A stretch of 63,743 nucleotides of DNA, the filler included, from Aduncisulcus paluster (lineage: Eukaryota): the NCBI GenBank assembly GCA_024181965.1. It is 7 parts of 7 records of this genome, joined end to end, with 100 filler letters (N's around TTAATTAATTAA, not from the genome) between each part and the next. Parts side by side here need not be neighbours in the genome. Positions count along the whole stretch, not along the records: positions 20,225 to 28,265 come from BQXS01009712.1; positions 28,366 to 36,239 come from BQXS01009713.1; positions 36,340 to 46,378 come from BQXS01009714.1; 4 more parts are not named here. One strand, given 5' to 3'. The first letter of the stretch is position 1; every line of letters starts with the position of its first letter. A program made the position numbers and the translations under genes. The notes beneath the pieces were generated by a model that saw only the letters and a list, made by a program, of their open reading frames with translations, was not told the origin of the DNA and ran no database searches. Of the stretch, positions 27,333 to 40,605 are shown one piece after another.

Positions 27333-27794
27333 TTATATAATGGCCGAAATTGCAACAAAAAATGAAACTATTTTCTCGAAGGAAAAATGACAAATTTTTT
27401 GCCCACCAGTGCACCGCCGCCGTTGGCAAATTGACATTCATAAACTTTATAATATTAAATTAAAAAAAATGGGCATGTATTACATTACCTTTTTCGATAT
27501 TTGATTGCCTAATTTGTATTATACTTGGTATTCAATTTATTGCTGTTTCGGAAAAAAGTGTCGTTTTCTCACTTCAAAATTGGAAAATAAATATAAAATA
27601 AAATAAAAAAAAATTGGTTTGAACAGGCTATTATTGTATTTTTTCAATCAAAACATGTGAATATTTCTTTATGTTGGATGTTAAAAAAATCACATTGGTC
27701 TTTCTTCGGAGTTCATGAACCAATTGTGATGGATGCGGGTTAAAATTAATTTCTTGATAAAGAATAATTCAAGGGATACCGGGGGTCATAGTGA

Positions 27795-28265
27795 AATGAC
27801 TGAATTAATGGTGGCTGATGTTAAAGATTTGCAGAGGGCCATTTTTGTAAAAGCATCCACATATCTAAAGCAATTCCACTTTGATCCACCTACTAGTGCT
27901 CCTCCACCAACTATTGAATGGCATCGCGGTGAGGACGATATTATAAAACCTTTACCTCTCACTGACGAGAATGATTATTCTGCAACGATTCCCATTACTA
28001 CCACATCCGTTACTGAATATTTATCGAAACTTAAACCCAATATATTAATGACTCCAACCTCAAGAACAGCCAATACCCGACAGGATTTCAAACATCTTAC
28101 GGCAAGTTCTTGTTTGGCGATGATTATTACTGTTCCACGTCCTCGGCGAGGTCGGCAACGTAGAGGGGGTTCAACTCTAATTGGAGTCGAAGGGCAAACA
28201 TATGACGAGCCATTACGTGTTTTTTTATACAAACATGGAGAAGCTGGAACTGAAGGCGATGAATC
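27795..28265 (+). CDS. Hypothetical protein, 3'-truncated
   Basis: ORF runs into the linker. No recognised domain. Confidence 0.45.
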
Positions 28266-28365
28266 NNNNNNNNNNNNNNNNNNNNNNNNNNNNNNNNNNN
28301 NNNNNNNNNTTAATTAATTAANNNNNNNNNNNNNNNNNNNNNNNNNNNNNNNNNNNNNNNNNNNN

Positions 28366-28876
28366 TAATGGAATTTTGCAGAGATTCACTCTTCTTGGAC
28401 AGCTGACGTTTTGTAGCCCTCTTGTGAATAGTGGGGGTTACAAATAGATGCAACGGAGTAGGAGAGTCTGATGTTTCACCACCAGAGGTTTCTGTAGACA
28501 TGGCAAGGCTATCTAACTCCGAAAATTTTTTATCCTCTTTATCAGAAAGCGATTTAATAAACATAAAAAGGCATTTCCTATTGGAGGCAATAGTGGTGGA
28601 GGTACCATTGGAGATCCCTTGTAGGTTCGAGATACGACCATCAAAGAGTTCTCTAACAAGAGGGTTCTTCTCATAAATATGAACAAGGACTTTTAAAGCA
28701 ACATCCTTGGTCGGAATATTGTAGTTAATATCTCCAACTTGGAACTTCCTTTGGGAACCAAGAGAAACCAAGATCCCAAGATCAGTTAGGAGGTTGGGGA
28801 TATTGCTAGCAGAAAGTGACTCAAAAAGGCGACTAATTTCGCCCGTTTCAATGGAGCTCTGCGCTTCCTCAGTCAT
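28366..28876 (-). CDS. Hypothetical protein, 3'-truncated
   Basis: ATG-started ORF running into the linker. Confidence 0.45.
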
Positions 28877-29351
28877 TTAGAAAAAAGGTGTGCTGAAACC
28901 TAGAAACAAATAAAAATATTATGTAATCAGGTAACTAGAGCTAAAAAGCAATACAAAATCAGTATCAAAAAGGAAACTAAAATTTGTATGGTGAGCTTCC
29001 AAAGGAAGATATTTTCTTGTTTTTGAGTCAGTTATAAATGGTCTTCATAGGTAATTTTATCACTCATCGGGAAAAAATGAGTGCATGCATGTATTTAGCA
29101 ATGTTATGCAACCTCTAGACTTGCCACTAAGAAGAACAAGGAGAACAAAGAGAATAGGGATGTCAAGAAAGAGGAAAGAAGAAGAAGGAAAAGAAGAAGA
29201 AGGAACATAAGAGTAGGTCTACATCTTCTCCTCCTCTTCGAAGGTCTTCTCACCCTCATCGTCATGGTTCACATCCAACAAAACCTTTCCAGCATGTCAT
29301 GCCAGGTTTTTCTGGTACTCCTTTGGATCACGTGGCATTACATTTGAAGAC

Positions 29352-32300
29352 ATGTCATTGTACATTAAATCTGCTTCAAACCCAGCTAATGGTAAGTTCC
29401 ATGTAAACATTTGGGAAAGAGATAGAATAGGCGATGATAATGGAGCCTTCTCTCGTTTTCAGTGGATGCTGTGGTCCCAAGAAAGAGCTCTTGCCAGAGA
29501 TTATAACCATAACAGTCTTGAGAAAGAAGGAGCTTTGAATCCTTTGTTATGTGAGAATGACGGTGGTTATTTGTATTCCTCATTCCCTGCTGTTGGAGAT
29601 AAAGAAGAGAGTTCCGATTGGAATGATTCTGACCTCGATTCTGACCTCGATTCATCTTCTTTCACTTCTTCTTCCCAAGTGTTTTCTACTCATGAACACG
29701 ACCATGTGCTCCATCAACACACAAATGGGATCGCTGGACCCATGCCTCTGCACGCAATTAGAATGATGGGTAATGATGATGTGGATGTGGGCCATCATCA
29801 TGGCTATGGCTGTACTACAAAAACATCATCAAGTGGAATGGGGAATAATAATAATTATAATAACAACACAACAACCAACCACTCTGGTTATCAGAAACAC
29901 CATAAACATCACCGTCATTCTGTTGGTGCTGTTGGTGCTGCTGTTGGTGGTGGTGCTGTTGGTGCTGTTGGTGCTGTTAGTGGTGGTGACACACATCCAC
30001 ACAGACCCAGACCAGGGACAAGAAGTGGAAGAAATGGAAGAGACTACTACTACTACTACTACTGCTGCTGCTGCTCGTGGAGGTACTATTGGAACTGATA
30101 GTAGAAGTAGATATGGAACTGGGAATATGGGTAATAATAATAGCAAAGGAATGTCGATTCTGGCACCATATTATGTGCAGCCAGCTCTTTTGTCAAAATA
30201 TCTATCTTCTCTTTCTTTCTCACTGAACTATTTTTATGCCGCATATGATCAATTCCTTCAAACGAGTACTATTTTGAGAGATCTTGAGAAGAAACAGAAA
30301 GCCAAGAAAATGAACGGAGTTTCTGATGAGAATTTCCCAATGTTCAATATATTCAAAAACCAAGAAGTTACTAGCAAAATTATGTTTGTTACTCGATATA
30401 GTGAACTATCAAATATGGACATTTCGGGGAAACATTGCATCTATGGATTATTATTTGTCTTCTTTGTCGTAGCTTTCTTTATCACTTCATTGTTCTTTGA
30501 TGGAATCCCCATGATTATTACTTCTTCTCAACAGAGTTTATTTGGTCTTCATACAGTAGCTTCTCTTGCTGCTTCTTCATTGTCAATGTCTCTTTCGCAA
30601 CCCTTTGTGGATAACTCACCCAAAATCAGGAGAAATATCCTTTCATTGAAATGGGACTTGGAAGACCCTGAATCAGCTCTTGAGTTCCAAATACCAACAG
30701 AACCTCCTAATTTCTTGTCACACCCTTCAACGATTTTCCCTTCGCTTCCTGACTCACCTTCATATGACTGGCTTAGTGTAGGAATTGATTCTCTTAAGAC
30801 AGCCATACATTCATCACAAAGAATCGGTGGTCTAAAAATGGATTTGTCCCTTGTTAATCCATTATATTCCTCAGGTGACACTGATGATGATGATGACACT
30901 GATTCTGGTGATGACGAATCTAATTATGGAATAATCTTGAATTCCGTTGACTCATTGACATCACAATACTCGTTCCTTGATTTTGACTATGATGACACTT
31001 GGTCCTTTTCACATGGTCATCAACTCCATTTGTTTGAGAATGACATCCATTTCATGACAGATTACTTGACTCCACGTGGCTCTCCATCTTCACATACTTC
31101 GTTTTTGCCATTATCTAACCTAGATTTCACATATCTCACTGTTGACTCGTATGATAAAGAAGAATCGAGGAAGTTTTGGAGTTCTTTCGAGGCTGATGGT
31201 GCCAGATTTAACTCTAGTCGTCTTATTGTGGATAATAATTTATCTACTCTTGATGAATTATCAGCCAAAAAATCCAAATCCAATGTATTTTTATCAAGTT
31301 TTATTACATCCCAATCTGATAGTCCATTGCAAGCGATTGAAAGGGAGCGTGGCGATGCACGTACAATGCAATACTCCTCGTCATCCACACAGGGTAATCG
31401 AACATACTTAAACGATAGTCTCAACAGGAAAGTGAAAGATCGTGTTGATAATTATCTGTTTAAGCCGGATCACGAAGATTTCTTCCTTCGAATGCATAAT
31501 GATCAGGATAAAACAAGTATTTTCCAACTATTTAGAAATACAACCAATTTACAAATGCACAGATCATTGTCTTTGCCAATATTATCATCACTCTTGATCA
31601 TGTCCTCAAAATCATCAACACACCCTTTGCCCATCTCTCTTGCTCGAGGGTATCGCACAATCCTGCACGGCATAGAGACAACTACTACCGATAGTTCTAC
31701 CGATAGTTCTACCGATAGTTCTACCGATAGTGATAATGATGACATGGAGATTATTGAGATATGTATTCCTGCCACAGTAAGTGATCTTTCATCAGAGCTT
31801 TATGACACTTTCTCAACATCATCATTTTCATTTGAATCTCTTTCGGATAAGATCACATCTCTTTCGTCTCTCTCAGTGGCTGAGTTTGACATGAATGCTT
31901 CGATGCTTCGTTTCCAATCGTCTCTAGAATATTCTTCCAAGGCTTATTGGTCTACCATTGGAGCTATATGTCTGATCTTACCAACAGGAATCATTGTACT
32001 GTTCTCCATCTCGATGAAACAAGCGTCTATACACTTGGGATCTGGACTTGTGCCTTCTAAGAAGGAGATGGCTGAGGAATCTGAACGTGATTGTGACTCT
32101 AACAATCAATGGGAAGGTGGAGAGAGGAGACGAGCGAGAGAAAAGAGGAAGAAATACAACAAGCTTATTTCTATTGCAGCTGAAAGCGCTTCTACTCCTC
32201 CTCCTCATTTGCATATCATACAGTCACACTCACACTCACACTCACAGTCACAGTCACAGTCACAGTCACACTCACAGTCGCAGTCTTCACCACACGATAG

Positions 32301-35300
32301 AGTGAATCCCAACTCCAACCCTAGTAATAATAACAATAACAATGCTGGTTCAATCTCCTACATGACAACTTCTCCTTCATCGTCATCTTCCCATAAACGC
32401 AAGAAGAGAACGTCTAAGTTCTTCAGTAGACATTCAGAGATTATATATGCTCTTCGGGTGATCTTTGCAAGGTCAGGATTCCCTTTGATTTCCTCCCTGT
32501 TGGGTATTATATTGTGTATTATTATTACTGTTGTGTGTAAACTTATTATGAATCCTTTCCTTCCCGAAACATCTTTTATTGAGGATAATTCAGGACAATA
32601 TCATTTCTTATCAACAGAGGAGAAAGAGTTATTCTATGAGAGTGAATCGTATAGCGATAGATTTAACCAACTGAGTATGGATTCAATATCAGAAGATAAA
32701 TTCCCCATATACTCCCTTGTCGGAGAGATGGAAAAAGATGTATGCTCCGAATTACCACAGAAAATATCCCAATTTGCTACGTTACATCATCTAATGTTTG
32801 TTTCTTCTGCAAAAGATCGAGCCATTTTGAAAGATAAAATGTTGTCCCTCACTGGTATTTCTATTTATACTCATTTCTTGACTTCATTACCACCGATAAA
32901 TACAGAGTTGTCAGCAATGTTGTTCAAGATGATTCCAAAATTAGATACCCTTGAGAAAGTTCTAATTATGGAAGAGGATTTACTTGAGTTTGCGGCAAAA
33001 CGAGATTCTGTGTCGACTCACCAAACCACAGAATCGATGACTGCGGAGACCTTTTTTGAGCATTTTGTTGATTTTGATTTCAATAATCTCACCGAATCCA
33101 TCATTACCGCTTGCAATGAGTCGTATGAAACCTGTCGTTCCACTCTTGACAGTGTATATATGGACTTTACTGCGACATATCTTGAAGTCGACTCTGCTTT
33201 GTCTCTTGTTTGTTTCTCAGAACCAGCACATATATTGAGTATCGACGATTCCTTCTTCAAACATAAAGCACTCGCTTCAATCTTGATCTTCTGTGGAGTG
33301 TTAAACGTCTTGCATGGTGCATTTTATTTCATGGAACTCGGTCTCTTGCATGCAGGTATTGTAAGAGAAAGACAACGATTCTTGCTGTTTACAAGATTAG
33401 GGATTAACAATACATCAGTGAAAAAGTCCAATATTAGTTTATTATATGCTATTTGGGCCATTCTCAATAATATTCTGATGTTTATTTGGATCTTTGCACT
33501 CATGAAATCACTTTCTACAACAATAGCTGTGTCCAAACCGATCCAGTTCTTTGAGAATACGACTAAAAATAGATTCATATCGGTGTTTGATGTTGCTTCC
33601 GATTCGTATTCTTTCACTTGGACTCTTGCACGTGCAGGCATTGTTTCTCAGTTAATGGATAGATATTATGATCAAACGGACACGGACACTGCTGCGGATC
33701 TCCAAAGCACCCTTGTGAACATTCTGAGTGCATTTTCCTTGACTATTGTTGACGAGTGTGATCCATTTGATCTTCGGTATGGACTCAATGATCATTTCGA
33801 CACGTTCTATGTTAACGATCTTGCCACTTTATTGACTGATGAGACCAATGATACATACAACAGATTCACTACCTTATACAATTTTGACGTTGAAGCTGAG
33901 TTATCAGACATCTTCAATGACGATTCAAGCTCTGACAATTACCCTATTCAACTCTTCCAGACTGCTTTGGATATTGTTTTTTACTCTGTCCCATCATTAG
34001 AATTTTATGATGATGATAGTGCTGATGATAATGCTGATGCCATTGATGGTGAAGACAGCGATTCTATTTCCATCTCCAAGACTGAAGCCATGGATATCGT
34101 TATTGCTTCCATTGAAGATGCTGTTGATACCTTCAAAGAATATCTGAACAATGGTCATGCTTATATGACTGTAAAACGTGCCATTAAGAAGAACAATAGG
34201 TTTTCAAGCTCAGAGTATCCTGAATTACCCGAAGAAGCTGTGAAAGTAGATGAGCTCGAATCTCCTCTTTCTGCTCTCAAAACCATCTCTGAGAGTATTA
34301 TTTCTTCTTCAAATGAACTCTTTATGAAGGCTATGATGGGTATTTTCTTGTATGCATTTTTGTCAACATCGTTCATTCCTTTCCATTTGTATGTATTTAC
34401 AGCTCAGAAAACATGTGGGAACTCTGTGTTCTTGAGTGGATGGAAATTGGTCCAAAAGATTCATGTTGGTAAAATGCTCACGAAACGCCAACGACATGAT
34501 GATCGAGAACAGCGAAGACTTGATCGTATCGTCGATGCTGAGCAGGAGAACAATGAATATGATGGAAGTTACAGTTTCAACAACACTCATCCAGATCTCC
34601 ACCACATGCACCACATGCACCACATGCACCGCACGCACCACATACATCAACAACATCAACACCAACATTCTCAAAGATCTAAATATGGAGATAGAGATCA
34701 TGGCGGAGGGTCGTATTTCGATGAAACGACTGGTGGATCGAGAGTGAGTCAGTCTTCCCCCGTTTCCTTACTTACCTCTCCATTCAATCTCATCTTCTGA
34801 AGCTCCCCCAACTCTGACAGCCAGGACCAATGTTGTGTATGACGGTGACAGGGATATGTTGTTGCATGGTGATGCTCATCATGGTGTTGAGCATGAGCAT
34901 GAGGATAACTCATCTAAAAATAGATTGCAGAATGAGAATGTTCTTATTTCTATTATTGACAATGTGTTCGAGAACCAAGAGGTTCAGCCACGTTCTTCCT
35001 CATATCTGCATCATTTCGTGTACAATATCCATTACGAGGCCCAACGCTTCGCACTAAACATTCCTTGGTCACGGATCAAGGACGGTATGCTGTGTTTCTT
35101 GTTTGCATTTCGGGGCATTGTGTTCCATTTCATCGGAATCTATTTTGGGAATACCGTTTTTGAGAACAATAACCAACCGATCCCCCCCAATGTGCACTCG
35201 TATGTTGTCCGTTTCTTATCTTTCCTTTCCATTGAAGTGAACACTCCATTCGACGAGTCACATTTGATACCACTTGAATACATTCACGATGGCATTGAAG

Positions 35301-35338
35301 ATTCGCTTCAATTCCTGATCAATGAAGCTCTTCACTAG
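29352..35338 (+). CDS. Very large multi-pass membrane protein with low-complexity tracts; frameshifts near 29992 and 34778
   Basis: Three consecutive overlapping ORFs, several hydrophobic helices, poly-S/N/H/D runs. The 5' end is uncertain. Confidence 0.65.
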
Positions 35339-35340
35339 CG

Positions 35341-36218
35341 TTCCGAATAAAAGTATTACCATGGTATTACCATATGGTATTAATCTTATGGGAAGAGGCT
35401 TTACCATTAAATATATAATGGTATTACCATGGTAATACTTTTGGTATTACCTTTAAATTTAATGGTATTACCAAAATTATTACCATGGTATTACTTATGG
35501 TATTATTGTGGTAATAATTTTGGTAATACCATGGTAATACCACTAAATTTAATGGTATTTTATTGGTAATACCTATGGTATTATTGTGGTAATACCAATG
35601 GTATTAATCTGGTAATACCATAGGTAATACCATGGTAATACTACTAAAAATAATGGTATTTTATTGGTAATAATTTTGGTATTACCATGGTAATACTTTT
35701 GGTATTACCTTTAAATTTAATGGTATTACCAAAATTATTACCATGGTATTACTTATGGTATTATTGTGGTAATAATTTTGGTAATACCATGGTAATACCA
35801 CTAAATTTAATGGTATTTTATTGGTAATACCTATGGTATTATTGTGGTAATACCAATGGTATTAATCTGGTAATACCATAGGTAATACCATGGTAATACT
35901 ACTAAAAATAATGGTATTTTATTGGTAATAATTTTGGTATTACCATGGTAATAATTATGGTAATACCATGGTAATACCATTATTTGGAATGGTAATACCA
36001 ATATAATCACTAAATTTAATGGTATTTTATTGGTAATACCTATGGTATTATTGTGGTAATACCAATGGTATTAATCTGGTAATACCATAGGTAATACCAT
36101 GGTAATACTACTAAAAATAATGGTATTTTATTGGTAATAATTTTGGTATTACCATGGTAATAATTATGGTAATACCATGGTAATACCATTATTTGGAATA
36201 CCATATAAAGATTCGGAA
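35341..36218. repeat. Palindromic AT-rich array built from GGTATTA(CC)/GGTAATACC/CCATGG modules, with a 258-bp higher-order unit
   Basis: Dozens of direct and inverted copies. The unit recurs at 35420, 35678 and 35936 (partial). An 8-bp inverted repeat TTCCGAAT/ATTCGGAA lies at the ends. Confidence 0.9.
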
Positions 36219-36339
36219 ATATTTTACTGGGATTATCTTNNNNNNNNNNNNNNNNNNNNNNNNNNNNNNNNNNNNNNNNNNNNTTAATTAATTAANNNNN
36301 NNNNNNNNNNNNNNNNNNNNNNNNNNNNNNNNNNNNNNN

Positions 36340-36842
36340 TCCGAATGGGGGTATAATCAGGTCTCCATGGGTGTTTTTCAGTTCGAAAATCTTCTTTAGG
36401 AAGGTTTTAGCTATTTCCGTGTCCATTACCAATAAACGTTCGATACAAATACCATTCATAGATGTAGCAGCTCTTCCGGGTTCGATTACTGTTAGTTTCA
36501 GTGCCGTAGTAGTCTGTATTTCGCTCGGAGTCATTGTTTTCATCGGGTACTCACTTTGATTTCGGAGCCATTTGAAGTTGATGGATTGATCTCAATTCCA
36601 GATGTTATAGTACCTTTTCCTTTTTCGATTAATAAAGTTTTCTCTTTTGGATCGGGTTTTTCCATGGCTTTGTCTTCTTCCGCAGACAAAACAACATCTT
36701 TTTCTTCAAGTTCTTTTCCATCAGAAATTTCTTCTTCAGAGTTGTTAGAAACTTCATTTTGTTCTTCAAATTGTTCTTCTTCGTCTATATCTTCGACGGG
36801 TTTCTTCGTTTTCTTCGGGTTTTTGGGTTTCCTCGGAGCCAT
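36340..36842 (-). mobile_element. Probable gag of an LTR element: two ORFs coupled by an ATGA overlap at 36540-36543
   Basis: The second ORF has LLVMDTEIAKTFLKKIFELKNTHG, similar to gag LESLDSENWETFLREIEHYNALGG at 44494. It lies just downstream of an LTR-like element. Confidence 0.5.
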
Positions 36843-36912
36843 GTTTTCTAGCAGGGTTTAATAAAAAAATTTTCAGCAATATCTATCAATCGTTATAAAA
36901 TTGATCAATTTA

Positions 36913-37012
36913 TGGTAGACTGCGATAAAGCTTACGTACAATTTATTAATAAACGAACACATCATAGTCGGTTCTATAAATAGATCCTCTGAGAACCTGC
37001 AAGGATACCACA
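36913..37012 (-). mobile_element. Short LTR-like element (L4)
   Basis: TGTGG...TACCA ends. Shares TTCTCA, a TCTAWTTATAGA hairpin and AATAAATTGTA with L1-L3. Confidence 0.55.
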
Positions 37013-37119
37013 ATTTGACGCCAACTCGAAATAATTTTGCAAGTTTTTTTAGAAATAGTATTATTTTTCGTATGTTTTTATTATTATCTTCATTGTTTTG
37101 TTTTCAGATGTTGGATATA

Positions 37120-37983
37120 TCATAATTTTTTATTTTTGTTAAATTTGGTCATGGCATTGAACATCAATGTTTCTTCGGACTGACTGACTCGAAGAGGAGT
37201 GTTTAGATGATGTACAACGCTGAAGAACCGCTCTATTGATGCACCTGATAATGGTATACTTACCATTTGAAGTGAGAGTGCGTGAAGGTGAAAATAGTCG
37301 TTCAAGAAATTAATCGTGCACGGTTCTTTAACTTTTATACAATATTCCTTTAGTTGTCTTTGTTGAATTTTTGTTATTGGTATGTTTGCTGCATCTATTC
37401 CACTTTTTACATTTTCATAACTTAATTTATATTCTTGTGACCATTCATGTGGTTTTAATGCAACAATTGAATAATATATTTTTAAAAGTTTTTTTAAAAT
37501 GCCATGTGCCTCTTTAAATGGTCGGGAAGTGATTCTTGATGCTTGCCAATCTTTTCGAAGTCTTTCTTCAAAACCGGAAATGACTTCATATGCAGCACAA
37601 TTAGGGATTTCAAATTGTGCTGCCTTAATTGATTTAAGTGCGGTTGGAATAAAATCTTCAGAAAGAGCCGAATTAAATATTTTATAATGATCGTTTTCCA
37701 AGAAATCTATACTTGCTTTTCTACAAGCTGTCAGCGGTTGAAGGAGTTTTAATGCTGGTAAATATATCTCCCAATGATCAATAATTTTTAAATATTCTCT
37801 TAACATCGATTCCCATCGGATTTTGGTGTATTTTATGGGGGGGAGTTTTGTCAAGCTCATCAAAGCTCGGGATGCTTGAGATCCCTCTGAAAAAGAAGAT
37901 TTTATGTTCTCTAAAAAGTCAGGAATCACCTCAAAGAAATGATCAAAATATGACTTAATTAACCATCGTCGCTTTTCCCCCAT
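37120..37983 (-). mobile_element. hAT-superfamily transposase C-terminal fragment
   Basis: IRWES (TRWNS-like) and SIPLSGASIERFFS (hAT C-terminal dimerization motif), then LRVS. Confidence 0.7.
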
Positions 37984-38542
37984 TCTTCCGGTTCTTTTTG
38001 TGTTTCCCGGATGTATATCGACTTCCCGTGGTGTTTCCGACTGTATTTGTTTTGTTTTGTTCTTTTATATGAGGAAATAAGGAAATATTTTTGTCATGTG
38101 CTTCTGAGGTCTCTTTGCTGTTTCCCTGTTTCATATATCTGAGATTCCTCGCTACGATGGTTCTTTTGTATGGAATACGTTCCTATCTTCTATGAAACCA
38201 TCTGTTTTACCTTTCTCCTTGTTTTAACTTCGATTTGTATCGCTCTAATTCATACGATGTCTATGGTGCTTGTCTTTTTTGACCGTCCTTTCATGTCTTG
38301 TTTACCTGTTCGCCAACTAGTGGCCTTTTTGTACATTCACACTGGCTAATAAAGTCCCTATGGTGTATATTCTTGTTAATTTCTTTTCTGACGTCTATTT
38401 CTCGACGTTTCGTTTAATTTCGCTCTTTACCAGTGTATTCTTTCTATGTGTTGCTAATTTTTTGTATTCGTTATTTTTCCGTCTTATTATAGTTATTCTA
38501 TTTATATTTCCTTTCCAATGTTATTTTTTTTATTAGATAAGG

Positions 38543-39697
38543 CTATATATTCACTTCCTTTTTATCTAATCTATTTTTCAAGTTCACATTGGCCTCTAGA
38601 TAAATATCCAATGCTTCACAATCTTTTAATTCTTTGAACGATAACCAACTCGCTTCATCTTCACCATAATCTTCCCATTTCACTTTGAAAGATAGTAGAA
38701 TCTTCCTTCCACCTCTGTGGCGGATTATTTTCTCTATTTTCCATTCTTCTTCGTCTTTCGACTGAAATTTTGCAAGATCTTTTTCTGGAGCTTTCCCAGT
38801 GAATTTTCTCAGCCATCTCTGAGCCACTTCTTGTATTTCACCCCCATCAATCGTTTGGATTTCTGCTTTTTTTCCATCCAACAACTTCATAACTCTGAAC
38901 GGTCCTTTATATAAAGGGCTATTCTTTGATGGTATTTTCTTAAAGTGTTCAAGCAAAACTAATTCTCCTTCAGTGAAAACTTCTCTATCTATTTCTTCTG
39001 ATTCATCTTTTCTTTCTAATCGTTCCTTGAATTCTTCTCTCATGGTTCTTAATGATTTCCATTTGTCCTCTTCCTTTAAGCTTTCTGCCGTGTCTAAGGC
39101 TTTCAATTCTGGACATTTTCTGATGAACATGACTTCGAACGGCGAAGCCCCCAGCTTGCTGTGAGGTCTTGCGTTGATCGCCAGCATTGCTGTCGCAGCA
39201 AACTGGTCATAATCAATTTCATCATTTTCCATTAAATAGATCTTATGGAGCTTTCTGATTTCCAGATTGATCCTTTCAACCACACCATTTTCTTGATGAT
39301 TATACGACATTGTCAGCTTCTTCCTGATGCCTAATCGACGACATAGTTCATTCATAAGTGAGCAATCGAATTGTTTCCCCTGATCTGATCTGAGCCATTG
39401 TGGAGGCCCGAAGATTGCGAAGAAATTCAGCAATTTATATGCAGCTTCTTCAGAAGTTTTGAATATCATCAAATCCGGTACATCCGAAATATCCGTGATT
39501 ACAGCCAGTGTACTGGCTTCAACCATTTCAATCCAGTTTTTTGTTCCCCCAAGAGACTTGTAATGTGTAAGTTCTCGTGTGAACTCTCCCCAATTTTTCG
39601 TATCCAGCGATTTCAAAAAGGGTGGTTTTGGAGGGTCCATAGCGGTGGTTCTTTCGGATTTTTCGGTATCCTTGTTGTTCATAACCTTAATGGCCAT
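38543..39697 (-). mobile_element. Internally deleted Ty3/Gypsy ORF: gag N-terminus fused in frame to partial integrase plus chromodomain
   Basis: PPFLKSLDTKNWGEF..HYKSLGG, then FGPPQWLRSDQGKQF, ENGVVERIN, YKGPFRV and WKIEKIIRHR..FKVKWEDYG. Confidence 0.85.
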
Positions 39698-39708
39698 AGT
39701 ATATATAC

Positions 39709-39792
39709 TGTTGACTGGTTACAATTTATTAAATAAAGGAAAAGGCTTGTGTTCTATAATTAGAACATCCTGAGAAGGTGACATCTCCGACG
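39709..39792 (-). mobile_element. Short LTR-like element (L3), 11 nt upstream of the gag ATG
   Basis: (C)GTCGG...CAACA ends, GTTCTAATTATAGAAC hairpin, AATAAATTGTA. Confidence 0.6.
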
Positions 39793-40605
39793 TCTCTTTG
39801 TCACATCGCCTTGGATAATGGCTTCCAGTTCTGAAATTCCTATCTCTTCTAGATTTGAAGTATCGAGTTCCTTGAGTCGAAATTCTAGATAAAAAAAATC
39901 GAATTCACACATTGATATTGGTGGAACATCTGTAAATCTGTTTGGTTTGATCCCTTCAATCTCCTCGAGAAGTTTTTCGGCTTGGTCTATTTTTGGACCA
40001 CATAAATAATTCCAATTTTCAATTTTTCCCCACTAATGGCCCATCGTGGAAGGGGAAATAACAACAAATAATTACAGAGATAACAAATCGTTATGAATGG
40101 GAAATTATGAAAGTATGATATATGGAGGTATCGTCTAGAAAATGTTGAGGCTCTATCGGAGCAAATATGAGGCCTTTTGATCTGATTATACTATATTGTT
40201 TTGAAAATTTTATCCTGGATGTAATTTCTTGGTTTATCGTCTTAGAGTGACATCGTTATTAGATTCAGCTACAAAGGATGCTAAAATAATGTTTCGGACA
40301 GACATCTGTCGTAATAATAGGTTAGAAAATACAATTGACTAATAATATCGTTATTAACGGTTAATATTACATACTGTTTAGAGTCGGAATTTCCATCAAA
40401 TAAAGCAATTCAGAATACATCTCGGCATATAATGTCTCCGAGATCTCTCGCTTCAAATATTTTCTTGCCATTAGCCTAGCAAATCCAGTCATCCCATCGA
40501 ATAAATGATTGAAATTATTTCACTTTAATGAATAAGAAAATGTTGTTATAACAAAATCAGGCATTGCTTACAAAAAATTCCTCTTCGCCGGCTTCTTCTA
40601 AGTAT

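Noticed and set aside
40307-40371. TGT...ACA 65-bp segment weakly resembling the LTR start at 20898
   Set aside because: No PPT, TSD or convincing alignment.
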